DNA of 64,000 nucleotides from Chrysomallon squamiferum. Lineage: Eukaryota; Animalia; Mollusca. The DNA is taken from contig CM022674.1 of assembly GCA_012295275.1 (NCBI GenBank), positions 8,122,001 to 8,186,000 of the forward strand, written 5' to 3'. Made by a program: the position numbers and the translations under genes. Below, piece by piece: positions 40,713 through 53,176 of the stretch (its first letter is position 1; each line of letters begins with the position of its first letter). The notes under the pieces were generated by a model. The model saw nothing but the letters and a program-made list of their open reading frames with translations. It had not been told where the DNA came from and did not search any database.

Positions 40713-42329
40713 GGTAAGATCTGATACGGTTTCAAGGCTAACAAACGATGGTTTTTTCTCAAAGTACTTTTCTTTACTTGTTTTACCACTGATGTCAAGG
40801 AGTACTCATACTACCAAGAATTCTTTCTTTCGACTCCAATGATTGATGCTGTCTTCTCTAGCCTCCATCTGGATAATTCATACAAGTTTTTATATTATTA
40901 GCCTCTTTCTTACAGAATCATCTTACATCATACATCTTTTTTCCGCAGGAGACACAAAATTTATAGCAGTCATAATGGTTTTCTGTGCTGCCTGCATATC
41001 TGAGATGGTTAAGTTAACGATATATTTTGAATATTGGATTTTGTAATTTCTAGACACTTTGTGTATGAGGACGTTTAGCTAATGATTTATAAAAAAACAA
41101 AGAAGAATGCACTTTTTATTATTATTATTCATCGTAAATATCTTCAAACAAAAACTGTCATGTGTAAACCGTAAGTCATTATTATCATGTAAAGATGTTA
41201 AATTTAGTTTGTTTATGGCAGCACAAGTTGTTGTTGGTTAATGTTTTTATCATCGACTAATGGAGTGAAAGAGTTAATAATAATTTTCCTGAGAAACAGT
41301 TTTTGTAGAAACTCGCCTCGTTTTTCTGTTAACGGTAAGCAGTGTCATAGACATTTTATATAACAGTCTATGTAGAAACTCGTCTCGTTTTTCTGTTAAC
41401 AGTAAGCAGTGCCATAGACATTTTATATAACAGTCTGTGTAGAAACTCGCCTAGTTTTTCTGTTTTACAGTCAGCAGATATTTTTTATAACAATCTATTA
41501 GAACTATCTGGATTGGGAAATGTTTATCATTGTACAAATGTAACTAGTAATCTTTCTACCTACTTCATAATTTAGATTATATTCATTTATTTATTTATTC
41601 ATACAAACGTACGTACGTATATACATAAATACATACATAAATACATTCATACATACATATATACCATATATCAGACATAAATGCTTACTGCTTACAAGCA
41701 CAAAGGTAAGTTGCATTACTACTAAGTATTTGACATATATATTTCAATGGCTGTCAAAGCAAATTATATAATTAATTACAATACTGAGATTAAAATACCT
41801 TTTACCTTGCTGTTTAAAAAGAAGATAAACAAACATTTTCGTTTTTTATAAACTTTTTATGTGACTGTACTGCGTAGCTTTCCAGTTGTAATAGTTGGAT
41901 AAAAAACACTTTACACAGCTTTGATGCAACAGAAGTAGGTGAGATAATTAAAAAAAAGATGAAAGGAAACAGAAAACAAAAATCGGGTTTTATGTTACCA
42001 CCTAAAGACAAAAACAAAAGGTTGACAGTTTTGTGAGATGAAATCATGACTGTGTTACTCAGTACTCTGTGATCAATACACAAATGAGACGCGGAAATCA
42101 GCGGAAATTAGTAACAACACTGTGAGAGTGAAAATGAGCAAAAAGAATCACTTTTACAGTAGTTCACTTCCAGAGTCGTTCACATTTTGTATTACTGCGT
42201 TTACCATTGTCTGCATGTAACCTCTGTGTGTTAGTAACTGTGCAAAACGTGAGTGTGTAGATGCGTGTGCGTTAACATGTTTGTCTGAATCTCTGTTGTC
42301 ATTATCATCTTCAGACAGTGTGAATTTAT
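40540..42329 (+). repeat. Left arm of a long inverted repeat (foldback-like)
   Basis: Reverse complement of 44250-46400. The mirrored 67-aa ORFs 40843..41046(+) and 45893..46096(-) differ by one residue. Inner end TCTTCAGACAGTGTGAATTTAT. Confidence 0.95.
41295..41500. repeat. 67-bp tandem array, ~3 copies, inside the left arm
   Basis: GTAGAAACTCGYCTMGTTTTTCTGTT... x3. Confidence 0.88.
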
Positions 42330-42977
42330 CTAATCAAGGTTACTAACCAATCTTGATTCGGTTCAGACTACACGCGGTTCTTCATTCTCTGAAGTATTCA
42401 CGTGTTCACGCTGTGACACTGTGCACGGTTCCCAGTAGAAATAATGGTCCTTCCTTCTACCCAGAATTGTGTTACACAAAGAAAATTATTAATTTCTTTA
42501 ATTATTTATAGCACATCATTTCTGTGTTCTTTGTCTTCAAGACTCTGGTAGTTAGGTCTATTATTGGAAAACAGTTCTTTCTTTTTTTATCTTCACGGCT
42601 TAAATGCAGTTTTGTTTCATGCACTATATCCACACACAAGCACACACATCCAAACACACATGGACTAAAACACTAATACAAACACATGCACATTCATTGG
42701 TACTTCTGATTAATGTTTCTGAAAATAGATCATACTGTTTGAGGAAAAAACTGAAGTGCGGAAAAATTGAAATATTAGTTTTAACTTAATTTACGTCAAT
42801 TTTCCAGAAAGAATAAGTAACGCCTGTCAGAAATCATAAGAAAAAAAAAAATATGATTTACATTACATATAAAAATAAAGACAAATTTAGCTTTAATAGT
42901 GGAAACCTGAAACATGATTTGTTGCAGCATCTTTTTTTTTTCTCCGATATGTGACATTATATTTATATCGCTTAAAC

Positions 42978-43205
42978 TATTATTATTATTATTATCATTA
43001 TTATTATTATTCTTTTCTTCTTATTATTATTATTGTTGTTGTTGAAGTTATTAAATATCATTATCATTATTATTATTAGTAGTAGTAGTAGTAGTAGTAG
43101 TAGTAGCAACATCAGCAGTAGTAGTAGCAGTAGTAGTAGTAGTAGTAGTGGTAGTGGTAGTGGTAGTGGTAGTGGTAGTGGTAGTGGTAGTGGTAGTGGT
43201 AGGTA
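42978..43205. repeat. (TTA)n/(AGT)n/(AGTGGT)n compound simple repeat
   Basis: Read directly. Confidence 0.9.
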
Positions 43206-43684
43206 GTCGTTATGAAATGGTGTGCAAATAAAGTATATTTTATAAGGGAGAGAGAGAGACTTCAAATGTCAGATAATGTGTATGATTTTATCTGTGTCTG
43301 TCTTTATTTTGATTGGCATTTTGATCCACTGTACCTTTGTACCCGGTATAAACATATAAACACAGCACACGTTTGAATGTGTGTGACTGCACACACAGAC
43401 GCACAAAATTAACAGAGTCGTCAATGTCCGTGTCAAACTCTTCCTCACTTAGCAAACTGAAAAAAAGATTTGTCAATTCATGGCACGATTTTAATTTTTT
43501 ATGATTTTTTAGAGAAACAAATTTTCTCTGTTCGCTGCAGGCGTCTATTTGAGGATTTATGGTAACTAATTTTTTTTTTTTTTTTTTTTTTGTGTGACGA
43601 GAAGTGGGACCGTTTTTATATTTTCCTTCTGAAAAGTTAGCACATTAGCGATTGTACAGGTAAGATGTTGGTCGTTGTGCTACA

Positions 43685-43715
<31 letters not shown>

Positions 43716-44930
43716 TATCATCTATCTATCTATCTATGTATCTATATAAAAAATTAATGTGTGTTTAAATGTGTATACATACATAAACAAATATTTCGCT
43801 AATTAGAAAACTCGTACATAAGAACAAAACGCTCACGTCAAACTAAGAACTCCCGTGCAACTATAAACTCTCACACAACAAAGTGACTCTGCTCAGTAAA
43901 TACTCTCTAATACATTAGCTCTAACACGGCTGTAAGACAAACTTGACAGATATTTGAATCTTGACAGTCAGTTTACAAACGTCTCAGCTAATCAATAGAA
44001 TAAAATAAAGTTTACCGGAAAAAATGCATTGTTAGGCTTCCAGCAAATTAAGTTTCTACATCCATATAAATAACGTGACAATGGAGAACCTCGGCCGTTA
44101 TTAATTATATATAGATTTTCTTCAGATCAAGTACACGCACACATACACACACACACACACACACGCACAGAGACAAACCACACGCACACGCACAGAGACA
44201 AGACACACACACAATCATATACACACATATAGATATAATAGAGAAATACATAAATTCACACTGTCTGAAGATGACAACAGAGATTCAGTTTTTCTGATAC
44301 TAACATAGACACATTAACGCACACGCATCTACACACTCACGTTTTGCACAGTTACTAACACACATGCACACAATGGTAAACGCAGTAATACAAAATGTGA
44401 ACGACTCTGGAAGTGAACTACTGTAAAAGTGATTCGTTTTGCTCATTTTCACTCTCACAGTGTTGTTACTAATTTCCGCTGATTTCCGTGTCTCATTTGT
44501 GTATTGATCACAGAGTACTGAGTAACACAGTCATGATTTCATCTCACAAAACTGTCAACCTTTTGTTTTTGTCTTTAGGTGATAAAATAAAACCCGATTT
44601 TTGTTTTCTGTTTCCTTTCATCTTTTTTTAATTATCTCACCTGCTTCTGTTGCATCAAAGCTGTGTAAAGTGTTTTTTATCCAACTATTACAACTGGAAA
44701 GGTACGCAATACAGTCACATAAAAAGTTTATAAAAAACGAAAATGTTTGTTTATCTTCCTTTTAAACAGCAAGATAAAAGGTAATTTAATCTCAGTATTG
44801 TAATTATATTATATAATTTGCCTTGACAGCCATTGATATATAAATGTCAAATATTTAGTTGTAGTGCATCTTACCTTTATGTTTGTAAATAGTATGCACA
44901 TATGTCTGATGTAGGGTATACATGTATATA

Positions 44931-44937
<7 letters not shown>

Positions 44938-44966
<29 letters not shown>

Positions 44967-45080
44967 TGTATGTATGTATGTATGTATGTATGTATGTATG
45001 TATGTATGTATGTATGTATGTATGTATGTATGTATGTATGTATGTATGTATGCTTGTATGTTTGTATGTATGAATGTATG
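44938..45080. repeat. (TATG)n microsatellite
   Basis: Read directly. Confidence 0.93.
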
Positions 45081-45184
45081 AATATTATTATATGTGTCCG
45101 CCTAGATTATAGATAGGTAGAAAGACTAGTATGTACATTTGTCTGCAATGATAAACATTTTCCAATCCAGTCAGTTCTAATCAA

Positions 45185-45650
45185 CTGTTATATAAAATCT
45201 GCTTACTGTTAACAGAAAAACTAGGAGAGTTTCTACATAGACTGTTATATAAAATGTCTATGACACTGCTTACTGTTAACAGAAAAACTAGGAGAGTTTC
45301 TACATAGACTGTTATATAAAATGTCCATGACACTGCTTACTGTTAACAGAAAAACTAGGAGAGTTTCTACATAGACTGTTATATAAAATGTCTATGACAC
45401 TGCTTACTGTTAACAGAAAAACTAGGAGAGTTTCTACATAGACTGTTATATAAAATGTCTATGACACTGTTTTCTGTTAACAGAAAAACGAGGCGAGTTT
45501 CAACATAGACTGTTATATAAAATGTCTATGACACTGTTTTCTGTTCACAGAAAAACGAGGCGAGTTTCAACATAGACTGTTATATAAAATGTCTATGACA
45601 CTCTTTACTGTTAACAGAAAAACTTGGAGAGTTTCTACAAAAACTGTTTC
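45185..45650. repeat. 67-bp tandem array, ~7 copies, inside the right arm
   Basis: Units start at 45199, 45266, 45333, 45400, 45467, 45534 and 45601 (CTGCTTACTGTTAACAGAAAAACTAGGAGAGTTTCTACATAGACTGTTATATAAAATGTCTATGACA). Confidence 0.95.
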
Positions 45651-46595
45651 TCAGGGAAATTATTATTAACTCTTTCACTCCATTAGTCGATGATAAAAAC
45701 ATTAACCAACAACAACTTGTGCTGCCATAAACAAACTAAATTTAACATCTTTACATGATAATAATGACTTACGGTTTACACATGACAGTTTTTGTTTGAA
45801 GATATTTATGATGAATAATAAAAAAAAGTGCATTCTTCTTTGTTTTTTATAAATCATTAGCTAAACGTCCTCATACACAAAGTGTCTAGAAATTACAAAA
45901 TCCAATATTCAAAATATATCGTTAACTTAACCATCTCAGATATGCAGGCAGCACAGAAAACCATTATGACTGCTATAAATTTTGTGTCTCCTGCGGAAAA
46001 AAGATGTATGATGTAAGATGATTCTGTAAGAAAGAGGCTAATAATATAAAAACTTGTATGAATTATCCAGATGGAGACTAGAGAAGACAGCATCAATCAT
46101 TGGAGTCGAAAGAAAGAATTCTTGGTAGTATGAGTACTCCTTGACATCAGTGGTAAAACAAGTAAAGAAGAGTACTTTGAGAAAAAAAAACCCCATCGTT
46201 TGTTAGCCTTGAAACCGTATCAGATGTTATCATAAATTTGTGTGAAGAACATGTCTGGAAAAAAGATTCTGTCTGTTTTGGTAAATATCTGTATGGATGT
46301 ATTAATTTAAATTTGTGTGAAGAACATTTTTTTGAAAATATTTGTTGTATTGGTAAAGGTATCTGTATATGTTTTGAAATTTAATTTGTATTGAAGATCA
46401 TTTCGCATGGGGTATATTAGGTTTCCTAATGAATCTAGTTTACTTCGGATCTTGCAAGGACTGAAACAAAACTTTGACTTGTTAGTCTTCTGGTGTAGGC
46501 TGAAAGGAAACCTAATGTTAGGAAGAAAGCTAGAACATACCGGAATGAAACTAAACATTAAAATCTTTCAGAATTATTAAAAATATATAATAATA

Positions 46596-46674
<79 letters not shown>
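46596..46674. repeat. (GAT)n microsatellite
   Basis: Read directly. Confidence 0.93.
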
Positions 46675-46675
<1 letters not shown>

Positions 46676-49600
46676 AATAAATAAATAAATAAATTTGACA
46701 TGAATAGAGTTTTCGTGTTATGTATTGTCTGTCAGAGTTTTCAGGGTAAGACGTGCTTTACGTAATTTAAACTGCTTATACTCGGCGTCTTTGTCCTCGA
46801 ATTAGAGAAAACTGCTTATACAGAGAATCGTGGCCAAAGTCAAAACACAGCTTATAACCGGGCGATGTCATCTCTATTGAGTGGTGTAGATTACATTTTG
46901 TTATTGAACAGATAGTGTTGAATAAATTTCCATTAGAGATCTGCAGTTCATATCGTGTTAAGAGCTATGATTGAAAATTAGTTATTGTCTTATAAACGAC
47001 GTTGAAGCAGGCTGCATTTTCATCAGACGTTGAAAATCTAATACGTTTCTACATTAGTCGTTGTGGTTTGAAGGATGTTCTAGATGGATGCAGTTTCAAT
47101 GGCGCTGAAAGTCGGTTATTTTCTCCATTAGTCGACGTGAATAATGTTTAGTTCCTCGCTATTTCAATAGAAAGTCGTTATCTTCAAACATCAGCAACTT
47201 CAGTTCTACGTCTGTTGAAGAATTCTCTGTAACTTTCTGCACGTCACTAATGGAGAAGTCTTCCTTCTTGTTGTGTGTTTCTTCAATGTTTATTTCAAGT
47301 ATCACCTCAGCTCCACTCGTTGTGACAATACACTTAATGAAATGCGGATAAGTCTTAGTTCGATAAGACATTAATTAGCTCGATGCGCAAAATGTTATTT
47401 CTGCTTCAAGAAAATCATTTATACACTGTTCACAACAAAAGTTTATTTTGATTAGTGCCTTTGTTTGTGTGAGCTTAAAAAAAAAAAAAAAAAAAATGAA
47501 AAAAAGAGTAAAATTAGGAAGGTATTTATGTTGAGCATTAGTTCGATGCATAAAAAAGAATAGAACAAAGACTGGTGTAACATCGTTGAAACATGTCTGA
47601 ATTTGTTTGCTGTTTTGTTTTGGGTTTTTAAATTCTAAAACATTTTTCGGTTAGATAGTGTGGTATGATAATTGTATCATCCACAAGGATTTTTTTAAAA
47701 GGTAAAAAATAAAGTAAAAACAAAATTAAATTAAAAAGAAAGAAAGAAAGAAAAGGAGGAAACAAGAAAAAGAAATTAAAGAGGTGACCTAAACGTTTTT
47801 ATTTAAAAAAAAAAAAAAAATCTTTCATCGGCGTCTTCTGGACAAAATAAGGAGAATTCAGTAACAAAATGTAATCATCTTGTAATAAACTTCAAATTGA
47901 AGCATGATATAAAATAACATAGAAATTCTCTGTCTGGAGCAAAAGCAAACATTAATTTTTGTTTCGTCTGTGACTTTCCAGTTAGAAAGATAAACAGAAA
48001 AGGTGATAGACTGGTGAAGACTTATCGCTTGAAAACATTTTGCTGTTCTTGTCAGAAACTGTCACACAGATGATATGAGTATAGCAACATGATATTTTTT
48101 TCTTGATTGATTATCCATGTGTCTCTACAACATATTAACAATTCCAAAATTTATGATTAGACGCGCATTTCATTCTTAAAAATCGAATTTTATCCTGAAA
48201 TTGTAGGTCGGTTTTCGTCTCAGTAGATAAAAGAAAAAAAAAAAAAGAAAAAAAATGCAAATACGTTTGAACCATCAGAAATTATTTTTTCTGAATTTCG
48301 AACAGTTGTGTTTTTAATTGCACTAAAAAATATTGAGTGTAACTGAAGGTTAAAGATTCTAAAGTTCAGCACTATAAAATAAAGTGGAGAAAGAAATAAA
48401 TCATTTCTGAGTTGTATTTTTGGACAAGAGATCAGATAACAATGACGTTAATTTTACTTTGGGACATTAGTCTAGAGAGCAATAAATGTAATTTCACTTT
48501 TTATACATAAAGTCTTTTTAAAAATTGATGCATTAAAATGATAAAGTAAAATATTTTATATAGAAAAGGCATGTTTGCTGTAAGAGAGGATACTCTAAGG
48601 ATCTAATTTTGGAGGAATATATTTTGTTTCAGGTGTGAGAGATTCCAGAAAAACAGATTCACTATCACAAATAGATAACATAATATTTGTATACGATCAA
48701 CTAAACTGACATGTGTTCTTGTAACGTCATTAACCATTTATATTAAACAACACAATACCTACTTTTCTTCTCGAAAATGAGAAAATACATGCAACTTAAA
48801 GAAATACATTTACATAACACAGACACACACTTTTACATGTACGCATGCACACACATACGTGTTGTTTGAATATGATTTACGTCCAATTAATTACCTGTTA
48901 ATTCAAGTTGTGAATGTACAAGGTAAAATGTTATTTTATAATTTTTATTATTTTATAATTGCCCTCATCATTCGTCTTTTTTTTTTTTCTATGTATCTCT
49001 GGATAAAACGGGCCTAATTTACATACAGCTATGTACATACATAAAACACCGCAGAAAAACGTATAGAAACACATCGCTGCAATTTCTTTCATAATTTTAT
49101 ATATAAAACATTAAAAAAAAAACCAGTTTCTCTTCTAAAACAGATTAACGAAGACAAAAGTAACATGTGTTTTTCATTTGAACTGATTAATTATTTTTTT
49201 CACTTCCTGATTAATTAATCAGCACAGAGAAGTAGGGATAATGTAAGATAATATAATTATCTGTGTTTAAGAAATAAGTCATCAGAACGTAATCAAATGG
49301 AACACTTCTTTGTGTGTGGAACGTCGAGACAAAGAAGCACTGAACTCGGCTGATGTCTGATCTCTAACTCGAGTTTATTGCCAAAACAGATTCATGCCGG
49401 TGAGTTACTTGGTACGACACCAAAAAAGTTTCTAAATAATTTGTTTGGAAAGTGCTCTGTGATACAGCGTCAACTTTACTCACACGTTTCATAAACAACC
49501 GAGTCTGAAAGGTTTTATGAATTTGTTCTCGTGAAATATCTCAGCATTGATATGGAATAAATCATACTCGCATCTAGAGGCGGTTACGCAATCAGAAAAA

Positions 49601-50602
49601 CCTCTCTATTTCATTTCTACATAGTACAATTAATACATACATATATATATGTATGTATGTAAGTAAAAAATAGAATATTGTACCAACGTAATGGTTATGT
49701 ATCATACTGACACCCATATTTATTTATTTATTATGTCCCCAGACACCTAAGCAAGGTCAGTCCATTTTATTTACAGAAACTCTGGCCACTGTAAACTGCA
49801 GTATATGCTCACATTTCAGTGACTGCTGAAACGTTTTACTGGGAGAAAGCTCTTATTCATTACTCACGCCTGCCAGTCGCTCATTAACAGCGGACAATGA
49901 AATGTGTGGTGTTTAATATCGCCGCGAGTTCACTTCATTCCCAGTTAAATGGTTTCGCTTAAACAACACTTGCAGCAAATCACTGCTTTCACACCTTTAC
50001 TGCCGTTCTGTGTATTAGCTTTAAGGCTTACTGCAAACATTTTACATTCAGATATTTTACTGCTTTAACTGTTTTCCATGCGGAACAGCAGTGGTAGTGT
50101 TACTAATTGATGAATCTGTTACTATTAAATATACGTTTTCAAATCCATTTTTTAGTTAGTTTTTTTTTCACAAAATAAATCGAATACTGATATTTTGATG
50201 TACATTAAGTTCCTCTGGAAATGAAATTTAAAAAAAGAAAAAAAAAAAAAAAATGCGCTACTTCGGGGAAAACTAGTTGTATTTTTTGTCTAAAGAAATG
50301 ATTTTCAAACAGGAGCATTAGTTCCCAGGTTAGGAATTTCAAAATTGGATATAATGTCCTTTGTGTACTATGTATCTTATTTATATATGTATATATATTT
50401 ATATGTCTCTATCTACGTCTATCTATCTGAAAGTGTCTATCTATCTAGCTGTTAATCTGTCAGTCTGTCTGTCTATGTGTCTGTCTGTATCTCTGTCTGT
50501 ATAGATAGATATAAAATGAAATACCAGTATATATGATTAACTGTAAGGTCGATGATGAATTAAGAGCTAACAAAAAAATAAATAAATAAATAAATAAATA
50601 AA

Positions 50603-50652
<50 letters not shown>

Positions 50653-51522
50653 TGATGATGAAAAAAAATGCCGCATCAAATTTTTCTCACACATACACTC
50701 AGAAATCTAAAAATTGTCATATTAATCTCTAGATAATTTCAAACACCCACCAACCCTTCCCACTCAAAAAAGCAAAAGCTATAAAATCAGTCACGGACAT
50801 AATGTCTGATGTGCTGATTTAACGATATAATGATCTCAGAACATTGACAAAAACGTGTTATTCGTGCTGCATAATGACAAAATGATAAGCAGTAAAAGTC
50901 TATTTTATTGCCCAAAGCCTGACAGATCATAAGAACTAGCCTATTCACCCATTAAACTGTGTTTCGTTCCAGACACTTGCCTCTGCTGTTTCACTAGAAA
51001 TCGACTCCAGTTCTGTCATGTAAAAAACACCTAGTTGTTAATGTAAACAGAAGATGGAGATTTCCGGCAAAGAATGTAAAACAGTGAAAGACAACTGGCT
51101 AATATGTGGTTTTAAATGTTTAAAATTCTAATACACTTGGTGATGTTAAATCAGTTATTATGATTTGTTTTGTATCGTGACAGGCGATGAAATTAGAATG
51201 CAACTAAGTAGAGGGTTACAGACGCATCAAAACACACCAGTTTTATTTCTTCAAATCAATACTTTGTAATAGGCATATCATTCATTTTGACAAGTTCATT
51301 TCATTTATTAAGTTGACAAGATATAATGATATATTAAATAATATCGAATTAATTATCTATTATGTCATAACATATTGTTTTTATACAGTAATAATAATGA
51401 TAATAATTATTGTTATTGATGTTGTTATTTTTCTTTTTGCTGATGTCATTATTATAACTTTTGCTATTATTATTCTTCTTGTTTCTTTTTCGTCCTCTTT
51501 TCTCTTCTCCTTCTCCTTCTCC

Positions 51523-51755
51523 TTCTTCTTCTTCTTCTTCTTCTTCTTCTTCTTCTTCTTCTTCTTCTTCTTCTTCTTCTTCTTCTTCTTCTTCTTCTTC
51601 TTCTTCTTCTTCTTCTTCTTCTTCTTCTTCTTCTTCTTCTTCTTCTTCTTCTTCTTCTTCTTCTTCTTCTTCTTCTTCTTCTTCTTCTTCTTCTTCTTCT
51701 TCTTCTTCTTCTTCTTCTTCTTCTTCTTCTTCTTCTTCTTCTTCTTCTTCTTCTT

Positions 51756-51783
<28 letters not shown>
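51523..51783. repeat. Pure (TTC)87 / (GAA)87 trinucleotide run
   Basis: 261 uninterrupted bases; source of the poly-F, poly-K and poly-S ORFs. Confidence 0.97.
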
Positions 51784-51786
<3 letters not shown>

Positions 51787-52317
51787 TTATTATTATTACT
51801 ATTATTATTAAACAAAGATTACGGTATATGGATAACCTGTCTTATCCTCTCTCTTTGAAATTTATGAACCAATTTTGTATTTCTTTTATCTCCGGTGTCG
51901 ACATAAAGTTATAATTCACCGCAATGTATCCGCATGACGCGATCATTTAATAACAAACTGACACGCGTTATGTGTCAACGAAATTCAGTAATTTATCTAC
52001 AGTGCTGTTTATTATATTTTAGTCTCTCTGTATAAATTTCAGTATGATGATATGTCGATACTGATTAGGATATAAAAGAATTAAAATAAAATATAAAAAA
52101 CAAAACAACTAACAACATAATAAATACAATAATAACAATAGCATTAGCAATAGCATTTATTTCACAGGTGAAATATTCTTCATAGCTTGAGGTCACGTGA
52201 TAAGATACTAAGATCCGGTTTTGTTCACATGATGATTATATTCTTACAGCTCAGATATTGTAATCAAAGTCTGTTAAACAGTCAGCTATTGCTGAGATAA
52301 AATTATTGTCACATCAT

Positions 52318-53176
52318 CAGATATTGGGATCAAAGATTGTTACAGATCAGATATTGAGATCAAAGATTGTTACAGATCAGATATTGAGATCAAAGATTGT
52401 TACAGATCAGATATTGAGATCAAAGATTGTTACAGATCTGATTTTGAGATCAAAAAGTGTTACAGATCTGATATTGACACAAAGATTGTTACATATCAGA
52501 TATTGAAATCGAAGATTGTTACAGATCTGATATTGAGATCAATGATTGTTACAGATCTGATTTTGAGATCAAAAAGTGTTACAGATCTGATATTGACACA
52601 AAGATTGTTACATATCAGATATTGAAATCGAAGATTGTTACAGATCTGATATTGAGATCAAAGATTGTTACAGATCTGATACTGAGATCAAAGATTGTTA
52701 CAGATCTGATACTGAGATCAAAGATTGTTACAGGTCAGATATTGATATCAAAGATCGTTATAGATCTGATATTGACATAAAGATTGTTACGCATCAGATA
52801 TTGAGATCAAAGATTGTTACACATCAGATTTTAAGATACAAAATTGTTACAGATCTGATATTGAGATCAAAGATTGTTACAGATCAGATATTGAGATCAA
52901 AGAGTGTTACATATCTGAAACTGAAACAAAGATTGTAACAGATCAGATATTGAGATCAAAGAGTGTTACATATCTGAAATTGAAACAAAGATTGTTACAG
53001 ATCAGATATTGATATCAAAGATTGTTACAGATCTGATATTGACACAAAGATTGTTACAGATCAGATATTGACATCAAAGAGCATTACAGATATGATATTG
53101 ACACAGAGATTGTTACAGATCAGATATTGAGATCAATGATGGTTACAGATCAGATATTGAGTTTAAAGATTGTTAT
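52318..53176. repeat. 30-bp minisatellite, ~29 copies (CAGATATTGAGATCAAAGATTGTTACAGAT)
   Basis: Read directly; the ORF track shows the 10-aa period KIVTDQILRS. Confidence 0.96.

Larger units (their letters stand above)
44250..46400 (-). repeat. Right arm of the long inverted repeat
   Basis: Begins ATAAATTCACACTGTCTGAAGATGA. It is longer than the left arm because its 67-bp array and (TATG)n tract are expanded. Confidence 0.95.

Noticed and set aside
40843-41046. 67-aa ORF and its mirror at 45893..46096 as a duplicated gene
   Set aside because: No recognisable domain. The near-identity follows from the inverted repeat and is not evidence of coding.
46980-47371. 70-aa minus-strand ORF as a LINE reverse-transcriptase relic
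   Set aside because: DFSISDVQKV and TNVETY only faintly recall the pre-RT region. The diagnostic KAPGxD and YRPISL motifs are absent, so it cannot be supported without a profile search.
51313-51858. Poly-F, poly-K and poly-S ORFs
   Set aside because: Artefacts of the (TTC)87 run
52318-53176. 30-bp array as a CRISPR array
   Set aside because: Units are contiguous with no unique spacers, there are no cas genes, and the context is eukaryotic. The same applies to the 67-bp and 13-bp arrays.
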